Assembly: GCA_024679065.1 (NCBI GenBank)
Contig: JAGIQG010000043.1
Coordinates: forward strand, 1,736,001 to 1,800,000
Source of the DNA: Sphyrna mokarran
Lineage: Eukaryota
Direction of reading: 5' to 3'
Length of the DNA stretch: 64,000 nucleotides
Shown: positions 24,906 through 39,329 of the stretch, one piece after another
Numbering within the stretch: position 1 is the stretch's first letter
How the letters are laid out: each line of letters begins with the position of its first letter
Translations under genes and position numbers: made by a program
Notes under the pieces: model-generated
What the model was told of the DNA's origin: nothing
What the model saw: the letters and a program-made list of their open reading frames with translations, nothing else
Database searches by the model: none

Positions 24906-25548
24906 TAGAACATAGAAAATAGAACATAGAACAATATAGCACAAACAGGCCCTTCAGCCCACGAGTTGCACCGATCACATCTACCAATCCACAGACCTAT
25001 CTATAACCCCCTACCCTATTCTTTTCCATATACTCATCCAGAATCTTTTAAAAGACCCCAGTGAGTTTGCCTCAACAACCTCCGATGGCAGTCGGTTCCA
25101 TTCACTCACCACCCTCTGAGTGAAAAACATACCCGTGACATCTCCTTTGTATTTGCTTCCCCGCACCTTAAATCTGTGTCCTCTCGTAGTGACTATTTCA
25201 GCTCGGGGAAATAGTCTCTGAGAGTCCACCCTATCTATTCCTCTCAACATTTTATAAACCTCTATCAGTTAGCCTCTCAACCTATGTCTCTCCAGTGAGA
25301 AGAGTCCCAGCTCCCTCAACCTATCTTCATAAGGCCTGCCTCCCAATCCAGGCAGCATCCGTGTAAATCTCCTCTGAACCCTCTCAATAGCCTCTACATC
25401 CTTCCTATAATGAGGCGACCAGAACTGCGCACAATACTCCAACTGGGATCTGACAAGAGTCTTATAGAGCTGCATCATTACCTCCTGACTCCTAAACTCT
25501 ATTCCTCGATTAATGAAGGACAGTACACCGTACGCCTTCTTGACCACT
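24906..25548 (-). mobile_element. CR1 3' fragment (second subfamily)
   Basis: KKAYGVLSFINRGIEFRSQEV..LEYCAQFWSP; nearly identical to 33122-34088. Confidence 0.9.
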
Positions 25549-28500
25549 TTGCCTTAATTGTTTAACCCGAATTCTGAGATTTTGACCCCTAGACTTCCCG
25601 ACCATCGGGAACATCTTCCTAGCATTGACCCTGTTTAATTCTAATAGAATTTTTTAATTCTTTGTGTGATTCCCCTTCATTCATCTGAACTCCAGCAAAA
25701 ACAATCCTAACCAATCTATGGTCAATCTCTCCCGCCATCCCCGGAATCCGCCGGGTAAACCAGCGCTGCACTCGCTTGATCTAAAGCCGTGTATGTTTTG
25801 ACATCACAAGTGCACATCTAAATACTTCTTAAGTATTGCAAGGGTCCTTGTCTCTGCCACCCTCTCAGAAAATAAGTTCCGGAGTTCCACTATTTCCTGG
25901 GTGAAAAAAAGTATTTACATACATCCCGGCAGAACGGTATTGTTTAGCACTGCTGTTGAGGAAATTTACCAGGATGTTTCTTGAGCTGGAGGTTTTTAGT
26001 ATATCAAGAGAGATTGGATAGAGTGTTGTTTCTCATCGAGCAGAGGAGACTGGGGTGGGGAAGGTGGTAGATTGAAATGTATAAAATTATCTGGAATACG
26101 AATGTTTTAGACATAAATAAACTTGTAATTTTATTTATTCGTGTCACAAATAAGCTTACATTAACAATGAAATGAAGTTACAGTGAAAATTCCCCAGCTG
26201 CATCAGATGCACTGACGGAAAATTTAGCATGGTCAATGCACCTAGCAAACACATCTTTGGATTAGAAAGCCGGAGCACCTGAGAGGAAACCCATACAAAA
26301 ACGAGGAGAATGTGCATATTCCCAAAGGTAGAGGAGTGTAAAACAAAGGTGCAAGGTGATACAAAAGCGTCCAAAGGTGCACGATTTTCTCATAGAGGGT
26401 TTTGAGTGCCTGGAACGAGCTGCCAGAGGTAGCAGTAGAGGCGGGTACCATCTTATCTTTGAATAAAAAACATTATGACTGTTTCATGGGTAGGCTGTGT
26501 ACAGAGGGATATGGGCCAAACCTGGGCAATTGGGACTAGCTTCATGGTAAAAAGAACTGGGCAGCATGGGCAAGTTGGGCCGAAGGACCTGATTAAATAC
26601 TGTAAACCTCTATGACACAATGACTCTGAATTAGCATCCCAATGCAGCAAGTCATTAGAAATTCAAGAAGTGATTGCTTGATGTACAAAATTGAACATGT
26701 ATTGCTTCAATTGTACAGGGTACTAAGCAATCATTCCTACCGTTTTGCATTCCATATCTAATTGCAGTAGAGGCGGTACAGTTAATGTCCTTTGGATTGG
26801 CTCATTGAACAATCGGGTTTCCTGTGTTGAGAGGCTGAGAAATCTCTGCCTATAGTTACATAGGGATAATGGGTATAGATGAATATGGGCAAAAAGCGGG
26901 AAATTTGAATGAGCTTAAGGGTTTAAATAAAAGGGCAAAAGGACAAGTTGAGCCGAAAGATCTGCTTCCTTGCTGTAAGCCACAGTGACTCTACGACTCT
27001 ATATTTGCTACAGAGCAGAAGAATGAAAGGTGAACTAATTGAAACTCAAGATGCTGAAGTATGGTGACATGCCAGACACTAAAGAGATTGATTCTATTGG
27101 CTGAAAATGTGTCACACAGCGATACAGCCTCAGGATAAAGACCATCAGAATGAGAGGAGAAGGAATTTCTTCATTTAGAGGTTAATAAATCTTTGGAATT
27201 AACTGTAGATGCTCAGTCCCTCAATATATTGAACAATAAGATCCATAGATTTTGGATATGAAGCAAATAAAAGCACAAGTGTATGGGGATAATGTGGCAT
27301 AATTAAATTGGGGTAGAAGGTCGGTATGATATGACTGAAAGCGTATTAGTCAGAAAATAGGCATACATTCACATTGTAATGAAGTTACTATGCAAATCCC
27401 CTAGTCACCACACTCCAGTGTCTGCTTGGGAGCACTGAGGTACAGTTTAACACGGTCAATGCACCGAACCTGCACATCTTTGGACTGTGGAGGAAACCCA
27501 CGCAGACACAAGGAGAATGTGTAAACTTCACACATGATGTGGAGTTGCCGGCGTTGGACTGGAGTAAACACAGTAAGAAGTCTGACAACGGCAGGTTTAA
27601 GTCCAACCAACTTATTTGATAGTAAACTCACAAGCTTTCGGACTTTGCCCTTTGTCAGGTGAATTGAGAATTCTGGCCAGATAGTGATGAAGAATCGAAT
27701 CCAGGTCGCTGGCTCTGTGAGGTAGCAATGCTAAATACGGTGCTATCGTGCCGCTCATTAGATTGGGAACTCAGTGAACCAAGCTCATGTTTTTTTCTGT
27801 CTGTATGTTCAGGGTTTCAAACTTTTGAAAAAGCTTTGTGTAGCCATGAAGTATTGCTGGGAAACACATCCTTGAATTAACACGTGGTAGGGAAAAAGAA
27901 TCATAATGGTGCTCTGCTGCGTTTGCAGGGGACGTTTGATTGACGTGTGTCACATGTTGTCAAAGTTATGTCAACTAGAAAATGGATTAATAAATTTGCA
28001 TTCTGAAACTATCTGCTCCACCTCGCCTGAATGCTTTCTCCCGAAAAGTGTTCATGCTTTCATCGCAGGCCATCACTTCGCAAACTGTCGGTTTCCAAAC
28101 AGTTATTAATTTCGATTCTAACAGTCTGTTTTAGGACAGCGCCGTGGCACAGCGTTTAACACTGCTGCCTTACAGCTCCCTGGTTCCATTCTTGGTTCGG
28201 GTCACGTCTGTGCGGAGTCTGCACATTCTCCCCGTGTCTGCGTGGGTTTCCTCCCACAGTCCGAAAAAATACACTGGTTAGATACGTTGGCCATGCTAAA
28301 TTCTCCCTCGGTGTGCCTCAACTAGCACTGGAGTGAGTCGGTGGCGGATTTTCAGAGTAACTTCATTGTGGTATTCATGCATTTGCAACTAATAACAAGT
28401 TTAAGGTATTTTTGATAGTAGGAGTTATTGTGCGGTGGCTGTACTTTAACAGTACTGTTTAAGCTTTTGAGGCTTCTACGTCACTGAATGGATTGAGTAT

Positions 28501-28774
28501 ACATTCCCTGGGGTACAGAATAGTATATGGTAATCTCATGAAAACATACAAGATACTGAATGGGCATTCAGAGGAAATGTTGACAAGCTTTTTCTCCCCC
28601 TTTGTGGAGATGCTGGAACATGGACTGACAGTCTCCGAATAAAGACGAAAATGGGAGAAATCAGTCAAAGGGTTGTGTATCCTTGAGATTCTCCACACAG
28701 ATTTCTCCACACACAAATCCACTCCATGCGATTTTGAGAATTAGCAGAATGTGCAAAAGATCAACCGAATTGAT

Positions 28775-30690
28775 CTTGAAAGCTCGGTTAATGCAATGGA
28801 TAGCTATAGATTAGCCAGGAGGGAGCTAAAGAGTGAGTTCAGGAGAGCTAAGAGGGGACACGAGAAGACTTTGGCTGATAGGATTAGGAGAATCCTAAAG
28901 CTTTCTTTACATATGTTAAGAGTACAAGATTAAGGCCAGTCATAGACAGCAGTGGGAAGTTGTGTGTGGAGCCTGAAGAGATTGGAGAGGCACTGAATAA
29001 ATATTTCTCTTCGGTATTTACGCAGGGAGATGTAAATGTAGTTGTGGATAACACTGAGGTACAGGGTTGCAAACTGGAAAGTATTGAGGTAGATAGGGAG
29101 GATGTGCTTGATATTCTTGAGGGTTTGAAGTTGGATAAGTCCCCTGGGCCGGACAGGATTTACCCTAGGATGCTCCGGGAGGCAAGAGAGGCGATTGCAG
29201 AGCCTCTGGCTCTGATCTTCAGGTCGTCGTTGGTTATGGGTATGGTTCCGGAAGACTGGAGGATAGCGAATGTGGTCCCATTGTTCAAGAAGGGGAAGAG
29301 ACACCTTCCAGGGAATTATAGGCCAGTAAGTCTTACTTCTGTTGTGGGCAAAGTATTGGAGAGAATTATTAGGGATAGGATTTATAGTTACTTAGAGAGA
29401 AATGAATTGATTGGGGATAGTCAGCATGGTTTTGTGAAGGGTAGGTCGTGTCTTACTAACCTTATTGAGATTTTTGAAAAAGTGACCAAAGAGGTGGATG
29501 TGGGTAAGGCAGTTGATGTGGTATATATGGACTTTAGTAAGGCGTTCGATAAGGTGGCCCATGGAAGGCTTCCGCACAAAATGCAGATGTATAGAATAGA
29601 AGGTGATTTAGCTAATTGAATTAGGAATTGGCTGGCAGATAGAAGACAGAGGGTGGTGGTTGATGGGAAATATTCATCGTGGAGTTCGGTTACTAGTGGT
29701 GTAGCTCAGGGGTCTGTTTTGGGGCCCCTGCTGTTTGTAATTTTTATAAATGATCTGGATGAGGGTATTGAAGGATGGATTAGTAAATTTGCAGATGACA
29801 CTAAAGTCGGTGTAGTGGTAGATAGTGAAGAGGGGTGTTATAGTTTGCAGAGAGACTTGGACAAGTTGCAGAGCTGGGCCGAGAGGTGGCAAATGGAGTT
29901 TAATGTGGAAAAGTGTGAGGTAAAGCACTTTGGCAGGAATAATAAATGTGTAGAGTATAGGGCTAATGGTAGGATTCTTAGTAATGTTGATGAACAGAGG
30001 GATCTTGGTGTATTTGTGCATACACCCCTGAAAGTAGGCAGTCAAGTCGATAAGGTTGTTAAGAAGGCATACGGAGTCTTAGCTTTTATTGGTAGGGGAA
30101 TTGAATTTCGGAACCGCAACGTCATGTTGCAACTGTACAAAACTCTAGTGCGGCCGCACTTGGAGTATTGTGTGAAGTTCTGGTCCCCACATTATAAGAA
30201 AGATGTGGAGGCTTTGGAGAGGTTACAGAGGAGGTTTACCAGGATGTTGCCTGGTATGGAGGGCATGTCTTACGAAAAGAGGCTGAGGGATTTGAGGTTG
30301 TTTTCGTTAGAGAGGAGGCGGCTAAGAGGAGACCTTATCGAAACATATAAGATGATTAGAGGTTTAGATAGGGTGGACAGTGATAGCCTTTTTCTTAGGA
30401 TGGAGAAAACTGGCACGAGGGGACACAGCTTTAAATTAAGGGGTGATAGTTATAGGACGGATATCAGAGGTAAGTTCTTTACCCAGAGGGTGGTTAGGGA
30501 GTGGAATGCCCTGCCTGCGGCAGTTCTAGATGCGCCAAATTTGGTGGCGTTTAAGAGGTTAGTTGATAAGTTTATGGAAGAGAAGGGAATGGTTTAGTTT
30601 GGAGGGTCTATGCTTTTTATAATGGTCGGCGCAACATCGAAGGCTGAAGGGCCTGTTCTGCGATGTAATGTTCTTTGCTCTATGTTCTAT
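28775..30690 (+). mobile_element. 5'-truncated young CR1 LINE (RT domain + 3' UTR)
   Basis: Same subfamily as 5584-7532; one in-frame stop at 29617-29619; TTCTATG tail. Confidence 0.95.
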
Positions 30691-30739
30691 GAATTCTTAT
30701 TGTGGGGGGGAATGGACTGGAACGAAAGTACCACAGTAT

Positions 30740-31265
30740 CCCCACAGTGCAGAAGGAGGCCATCCAGCCAATGGAGACTGCACCGAGTCTTCAAAAAAAG
30801 TGCCTATCCTCATAGCATTTACTACAGCTAATCCAGCCAACCAACACATCTCTGGGCAACGATTGGCAATTTAGCATGGCCAATCCACCGAAACTGCACA
30901 TCTTTGGACACTAACGGTTGATTGATCATAGCCAATCCACCCAACCTATATATCTTCGGAGACTAAGGGGTAATTTAGTTTTGCCAATCCATCTAAACTA
31001 TATATCATGGGACAATAAGGGGCAATTTAATATGGTGATTCTAACACCCTGAACATTGTGGACACTAGGGGGAAATTTAGCAAGGCTAATCCTCCTTAAT
31101 TACATATCTTGTAAAACAAAAAAAAAAGTCAATTTAGCAAGCAATGAAACCAGAGGAAATCCACACATAAACTGGGTGAACGTGCAAACTCAGCACAAAC
31201 AGTGACCCAAACCAGGAATCCAACCTGGATCCCTGGCACTGTGAGGCACTGCATCACAGTGCTGG
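30740..31265 (-). mobile_element. HE1/V-SINE-like SINE with tandem ~51-bp units
   Basis: About 6 degenerate units plus a tRNA-like head. Confidence 0.75.
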
Positions 31266-33121
31266 CTTACCTGCAACAATTCTCAAAAGAGCAACTTACA
31301 CAGTGCCCTCAAATACGAGACAATCGTTTGAAATGCCATCTGTTCTCTGGTTCCAAAGAGGTTTTTTATATGTTATTTATTACGAATTGTTCAGAATGGA
31401 CCCTGTGACAGAGACTGGAGCTGCCGCCACTCCCAGTCTTGGTTGCACGGTGCTATTCTAACTCTAGAGCACGTCGCTCCTACCCGCAGTCGCATCTTGC
31501 CTGCTCGGTGTCTCTTAAAAATGCTCTTTGTTAAATCACGGTCAGGTCCCGATGACGGAGAGGGGCGTCTGCAATTCATTCGTGATGTCAAATCCTTTTG
31601 AAATATACAAATCGCCATTTGAAGGTATTGATGCGTTGACATAGAACATGGAACATCGAACACTACGGCATAAGCAGGCCCTTCGGCCCTCAAATTGCGC
31701 TGATTATACCTATACCTACTAGGCCATAGAACTATCTGGAACTCCTAATCCCATTTAATCCCTGTTGACTGTTGGTATCATACTATGTTAATTGCAACAT
31801 TTTGTCTTTGAGTATAATTAGGATTAGACTGATAGGACTGGGCATATTTAGCTGGTTGGTAGCATTGGGCATGCTAAATTCTCCGTAAGTGTCATGAATA
31901 GGGGCCAGAGTGTGACGGCGAAGGGATTTTCACAGTAACTTCATTACAGTGTTAATGTAACCCTACTTGTGACTCTATCAGATAAACTAGACTTGAAAGC
32001 TTTAATGGTTGAACGAAAGGAAAATGGGGTGTTTACATGTGGCTGCACTTTACACGCACATTACAGTAAAGTTAGAGTTTATTTATTAGTCAAAAGTAGT
32101 CCTCTATCCATGATTGGCATTCTCAGATGAAGGCACTCATTTTCTTACTCAGCAGCAACAGAGGTAAAGTGTATTTATTAGTCACCTTTAGGCTTACATT
32201 TAGACTGCAATGAAGTTACTGTGAAAATCCCCTAGTCGCCAGACTCTGTTGCCGGTTTGGGTACACTGAGGGAGAATGTATAATAGCCAATGGAACCAAA
32301 TCAAACCAGAGCACCCAGAGGTCATTCACGCAGACACAAGAAAAACATGCAGATTCAAAACAGAGAGTGACCCCAACCATGAATAGAACCCAGGTCCCGT
32401 GAGGCAGCAGTGCTATCCACGGTGCTACCATGCCGCCAATCAACTGAGATAATGAAGTAAACGTCAATGGCGACAGGCAGAATCATTTAATTTAGTGTTT
32501 CTACTGGAAAATCCAGGCATGAAAGACAGCTGTCTGTTATTACCTAAACCCCCTCTTTTTATAGGTGTCGTTGAAGTTAACTAGAAAATGTCAGGAAAAT
32601 ATTCTTGGAATTTTCCTCAATTCACAAACATTATCAAATAAGGTCCTGAGGAATATTTCAGCAATGAAGCTTACAATTGCTGATGTGGATAAACTAGTTC
32701 ATAGCAATAATGTGACTTTAGAAAGAGAATTATTGGATCAGAATATAGGAGGCATGGTTTGTAAGCTTGCAGATGACACTACGATCTGTGGCAGTGAAGA
32801 AAGATTTTTCCCATTATAACGAGATCCTGATCAATTGGGCAAGTGGTGTGAAGAATAGCAAGTAGAGTTTAATTTAGACAAATGCGAGCGTATGTATTTT
32901 GGTAGATTGAACCAGAGCAGGACTTATTCAGTTAATGGCTGGGTGTTGGGGAGAGTTACAGAACAAAGAGATCAAGGGGCGCACGTTCAAAGTTTCTTGA
33001 AAGTGGCGTCACAGGTGGACAGAGTGGTGAAGAAGGCATTCGGCATGCTTGGCTGCAAGTTCATCCACCTTATTGCGTATGCTCCTCGCATTAAATTATA
33101 TTAACGTCTTCAATTATCTTT

Positions 33122-34088
33122 TCTGGGACCCTGCTGTTTGTCATTTTCACAAATGACCTGGATGAGGAAGTGAAGGGATGGGATAGTAAGTTCGCCGGCA
33201 ATACAAAGGTCGGTGTTTCTGTGGATGGTCTGGAGGAATGTAAAAAGGTGCAGAGGGACATAGACAGGATGCAAGGCTGGGCGGAGGAGTGGCAAATGGA
33301 TTTCAACGCGGATAAATGTGCAGTGGTCCATTTTGGCAGGAATAATGGGATGAAGGAGTACAATATAAGGGGTAGCAGTCTTAGTGTGTTGTAGAGCAGA
33401 AGGGTCTCGGGGTCTGGATCCATAGGACTCTTAAATCGGCCTCGCAGTTGGAGGTAGTGGTCAAGAAGGCCTATGGTGTACTGGCCTTCATCAATCGAGG
33501 AATAGAGTTTAGGAGTCAAGAGGTAATGATGCAGCTCTATAAGACTGTTGTCAGACCCCAGTTGGAGTATTGTGCGCAGTTCTGGTCGCCTCATTATAGG
33601 AAGGATGTAGAGGCTATTGAGAGGGTTCAGAGGAGATTTACAAGGATGCTGCATGGATTGGGAGGCAGGCCTTATGAAGATAGGTTGAGGGAGCTGGGAC
33701 TCTTCTCACTGGAGAGACGTAGGTTGAGAGGCGACCTGATAGAGTTTATAAAATGTTGAGAGGAATAGATAGGGTGGACTCTCAGAGACTATTTCCCCGA
33801 GCTGAAATGGTCACTAAGAGAGGACACAGATTTAAGGTGCGGGGAAGCAAATACAGAGGGGATGTTAGGGGTAAGTTTTTCACTAAGAGGGTGGTGAGTG
33901 AATGGAATCGGCTGCTATCGAAGGTGGTAGAGGCAAAATCGCTGGGGTCTTTTAAAAGACTTCTGGATGAGTATATGGAAACGAATGGGATAGGGGGTTA
34001 TAGATAGTTAGTTCTGTGGATTGGTAGATGTGATCGGTGCAACTCAGGAGCCGAAGAGCCTGTTTGTGCTGTATTGTTCTATGTTCTA
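33122..34088 (+). mobile_element. CR1 3' fragment (second subfamily)
   Basis: [12 protein letters not shown]..WQMDFNADKC..LEYCAQFWSP and tail. Confidence 0.9.
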
Positions 34089-34735
34089 ATTAGGCTGTGT
34101 GTCATGCGAGAGTCAGATCGTACGCCCTAAAATAGAACTGTGTTTGATTAGTCAAGTCTTGGACTTTTGAGTTGAGAAATTACAGATTACAATATCCTAC
34201 AGTGCCATCGAGTCTGCAGCGACAACAATCGCACCCAGGTTCGATCCCCATTACCCCACGCATTGACCGAAGATAGTCCCCTTACACTAAGGGGCAATTT
34301 AGCAATGGCCAGTCCACTTAATCCCCTCATATTTGGAATGTGTGAGGAAACTGGAGCACCCAGAGGAACGCCGGACAGACACAGAGAGAATGTGCAAACT
34401 GCACAGACAGTGACAGTGACTCAAGCTGGCAATTGAACTCAGGTCCTTGGCGCTGTGAGGAAGCAGTCCTAACCAATGCTCCACCGTACATGCTGTGTAG
34501 GCAACATTTTCTTCACATGGTGCGTAAGATGATTCTGGGGCTGAAAATAAGTAAGAATTTTCTGGAGTCAAGAATCTGCTATGCCACAGGCCAGAGTCTC
34601 CTGAGTTTTGTGAAGATAACCTAAATCCAATGTTTTCACATTTGAATTTCGCGCATTAAATGTTTCAGTCCAGGAATGATTAACACAGCCCACTCGAAAG
34701 ATTTTATCAAATAAACTTTATTTAAGAACACAGTT

Positions 34736-34737
<2 letters not shown>

Positions 34738-34774
<37 letters not shown>
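34738..34774. repeat. (TA)n microsatellite
   Basis: Direct reading. Confidence 0.95.
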
Positions 34775-34778
<4 letters not shown>

Positions 34779-37700
34779 ATTTTATCGATTATATTCAAAT
34801 GTGATTTAGATCATAGTTGTGGAGGAGTTTCTTCACGCAAAGGGTTGTGAATCTTTGGAATTCTCTGCCTGATGAGGTGGTGGAGGCTTCCTCGCTGAAT
34901 ATATTAAAGTCAAGAGTGGATAGGTTTTTGATTGACAAGGGAATTAAGGGTTACGGGGGAAAAGTGGGAAAGTGGTACTGAACCACTACAAATCAGCCAT
35001 AATATTGAATGGCGGGGCAGGCTAGAGGGGCTGGATAGCCTACTCCTGTTCCTATTTCTTATGTTCTTATGTGATAAAATATAAAAGTTAATTGCTAGCT
35101 ATCTGTGATATTCCAAAACAAACATCATCCCACAAACATACACCCCGTCCTAGACAAGGCAAAAAGAGTAACTGTGCCCACGTGATGTTGGGTTTTCAGC
35201 CTCTTAACCTGTTGTGTATTGGTCATGTAGATGTTGGATTAAATCTCTGAGGCTCTCCAGTCCTGGAGCTTTCCAAATGCCTCTGCAGAGAGATAGAGAA
35301 TCACACTGCCTTCTCCCACCAGATCCTGGAAGATGCAAAAGCAACGCTAAAAACTTGAGCTTTACCGTGGTTAAAAAAAATCTGACCCCAGGCATCTCCT
35401 ACTTGCCAGCCATGCTTCACCCAGCAATTCCAAAAGGATCATTAAACCCCAGGACACTGCATTTGGTCAGATAACATATTCTCCAATATATTGGTTCAGT
35501 AACAATTGGAGACCTTGACTTCAGAGAAAACGGTGCCAATAAAACGATAGGAACAGCCTGAAAATATCTAAAAAGAAACATGATTAACATGCATTTTTAA
35601 GAGGAGGGTATCGTCATAACTCAGTCCAGAGGATTGGTAGCAGAGAACAGAGTGACAACTGAATGCTGACAGAGTACTCTAATGCACGCTGGGCCCACTT
35701 ACAAAGTATAAAGAACAATGAACAAAAAAATACCGCACAGGAACAGGCCCAATCCTGCACCGACCATGCTGCCTTTCTGAACAAAATGTCTCTATCATTC
35801 AGGAGACCATATCCCACTATTTCCATCCTATTATATACTTGTCCACAGGACCCTTAAAAGACGCTATAGTCTCTATTTCCAAGCAGCGAGTTCAAAGAAC
35901 CCAACAGCCTCTGTGTAAAAAACCTGCCTTGTACATGTCCATCAAACCTTACCCCTCGCAGCTGAAACCTGTGTCCCTCATAATTGACTCTTGCAGGTTG
36001 GAAAAAAAGAAGTTTCCGAATATCCAGTCTGTCCCACATAACCTTGTAGGCTTCTACAATATGTTAGTAGTAATTAAAGCCGTTTATTATATCTCGGTGG
36101 AAAGGAACCTACTTGCCTATGTGAGATCATGAGGGAGTTAACACATTGCCTTGTTTGGAACTTGCTGTCAGAATTTGACATTTATTCCTGTATCACTGTA
36201 GTAACTATAATTTAATAAGTTCTCCAAAAAATCTGGAGCTTCCTGCGATCTGAAGTCTGTCATTACACTACAAATTTCCTGACTCAACAGAAAAATCCTT
36301 CAAGGCAAGCTTACGAATTAATTACATTTAATATGCGGCTGATACATAAGTTATTGTCAATTAGCCAGCCTAGTGGAAAACGATTTTTTCGGTCTTTGTC
36401 TCTGTTAGGGTAAAGAAAGTAGTGACAATATGGTCTCCTGTAGAACAAATTTTAGTGAGCTAGCCGTCCCCTGCTGGTCGAGGTCAATATTTTCTACAAT
36501 GGAACAATTCACTGACATAAGTTAATTGGAATTTGATGTGTTTTATTGTCGTCACTTTTTTGGGCGTAAAGTGATTTTTTTTTTGGAAGCTATGCAGACA
36601 AAGCAACCGTACATAGGAAAGGAAAGGAGAGGGTGCAGAATATAATGTTAGAGTGACAGCGATGGTGTAGAGAAAGATTAACTTAATGTAAGGTGGGTCC
36701 AATCAAAAGTCTACTGGTAGCAGGGATGAAGTGGTTTTTGTGTTGGTTGGTGCCTGTCTTCTGACTTTTGCATATTCTTCTGGATGGAAGAAAGTGAAAG
36801 AGATATTATCTGGGATAAGTGGGGTCCCTGATTATGCTGGCTGCTTTTCCAAGCCAGCAACAAGTGTTAGAACATAGAACATAGAACACTACAGCACAAA
36901 CAGGCCCTTCGGCGCACAAGTTGTGCCGATCATACCTATACCTACCAGGCCATAGAAGTAGCTGTAACTCCCAATCCTATTAAATCCCATGTACTCATCC
37001 AGAAGTCTCTTAAACGACCCCAGCGAGTTCACCTCTACTATCACTGACGGCAACCGATTTCATTCACTCACCACCCTCTGAGTGAAAATCTTACCTCTAA
37101 CATCTCTTCTGTACTTGCCCCCCAGCAAGTGTTCTGATCATGTCTGGAGACTAGGGAGGAATTTAGTATGGCCATGAGCTGTAGTATTATTGAATGGCGC
37201 AGGCTTGAACAGCCAAATGGCCTACTCTTTCTTTGTGCTCGTGAAAGTGATATCGTGATGGAAGTGTTGATGGGTAACAGGTGAACCTTAAATGACCGTA
37301 GGCTTTTTTTTGTTTATTATTCACAGGATGTGAGCATCAGTGACAGGACCAGCATTTACTGTTTATCCTAAGCACTCTTCAGTTGATCGGCTATTTAAGA
37401 GTTAATTACATTGCTGTGGATCTGGAGTCACATGCAGGGCAAATCGTATAAGAATGACAGATTCCCGTCTCTAAAGAGAATTACTGAACGAGATGGGGTT
37501 TTACAACAACAGTTGTAAACTGTTACAACAACATTTTTTAAACGACAACTGTTTACAACAACAATTTCACAATCTTCATTAGGCTTTTAATTCCAGATCT
37601 TTTATTGAATGCAAAATTCACCATGGTGTGATTCGAACCCCGCTCCCCAGAACACTTCCATTTAATTTGTTCTATTTCATCTAAACTCATTCATCCATTT

Positions 37701-38694
37701 CATCGTCATTCTTTTTCACATCTGTGTTTCCACTTCTCTATTCCAATTCTCCTTTTGTCCACAGCCCCACCTCCCCCCCTCCACTTCACCCTCGGCCTTC
37801 AGTGCAACTGCCACAATCATCACGCAATGTGTACCTGTGTTCTGCCATTCTCTCATTTTGATCATTTAATGGACACTGTTTGCACGATACCAGCCTTCTG
37901 TATCCTCATGCACATTTCCTTTGTCCAGTTCCACACTCCCTCCTCCTTACCCCAAGCGCATCAACCTCTGCTAATTCTTCTTGCTCTTAGCTCCGATGAA
38001 GGGACATCGAGACCCAAAACTTTCGCTCTGTTCTATGACCAAAGTTGCTATCAGACCTGTTGAGATTTTGCAGTATTTTGTGTTTTTTTGTTTCAAATTC
38101 CTGCATCCGCAGTATGTTGCTTTTATCCCCCAGAACATTCCCCTGGTTCTCTGGTTTACTAGTTCACTGACAATATCACTACACCAATGCCTGCCACGGG
38201 AATGGGTATTGTGGATGAACTTATTTTGATACGATGTTAAATGTAGTGAGACGGTTAATTGTGAAATGCGTTTAAGACTTTTAATTACTGTATTCTCTTT
38301 GGTTAGATTAAATTATTATTAGTGCCATGAGTAGACTTACGTTGCAATGAAGTTAATGTGAAAATCTTCGAGTCGCCAGTTTGTGTACACTGAGGGAGAC
38401 GTTAGCATGGCCAATGCTGCTAGGCAGCATGTCTTTTGGACTGTGGGAAGAAAATGGAGCAGCCGGTGGAAACACCGCTGACACATGGAGAACGTGCAGA
38501 TTTCACTCATCCAAGCCGCAGGTTGAATCTGGGTCCCAGGCACTGTGAGGCTTAGTGCTAAGCACTGTGCCACTGGACTGTCACGGGCTCCGTTGGAGCA
38601 ATAAATCTTAAGGCATTTTTTCCTTAAAAAATGGAAAAAAAAATTAAGGAATTTAAAAATTCCTTTCCCGAACTACGGATGAAAGGAAGTCAAT

Positions 38695-38970
38695 ATGGAT
38701 ACTGGAATCTGAAACCAAATGAGAAAAATCTGGAAAAAAATCTCAGCAGGTCTGGCAGCGTTGTAAGGAGAGAAAAGAGCTGACGTTTCGAGTCTAGATG
38801 ACCCTGTGTATAAGTTATAGGGCATGTCTTTTAGCTTTGCTAAAGCCTTCTATGCCTTTTGCCTTTGAGAAAGGCTCATCTGGGCACGAAATGTCAGCTT
38901 TTTTCTCTGTCTCTCCTTACAGGTGCTGAAAGACCTCTGAGATTTTCCAGCATTTTCTCTTTTGGATTCT
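38695..38970. repeat. Inverted-arm (hairpin) repeat, possibly Penelope-derived
   Basis: 38695-38805 and 38872-38970 are imperfect reverse complements. Confidence 0.6.
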
Positions 38971-39329
38971 CAAACTACGGATTAAACAACTGAGCTTAAA
39001 GTTCAAATGTTAAAAATCCAAACCCGTTGTGTAAGAAGCATTTTGAGTAAGAGCCATTCACTTTGTTATGAAACAGGAAATCAGTTAACATCTTAAAATC
39101 ATGCTTTTTAGAGGAACATTAATTCTGATGGTCCAATTAGCCATCCCATTAGGATGAGCCACCTCAGAGAAACACAGCCCTAATTCGGATCAAGTTTAGA
39201 AGATGGTTTTTCGTGATACTTACTGCAAAGGTCAATAGGCACCACGCTAACCGAACGAAAAACACTTAGAACCTGCCAGTGGATCAAACCATTCATTTTT
39301 GGGAGACTCTCATTAAACAGTGAATTCAA

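Noticed and set aside
31391-31630. CpG-containing non-repeat stretch with a short ORF and an HLACSVS motif
   Set aside because: No consistent Ig motif spacing or splice-site pair, and there are stops in the candidate frame.
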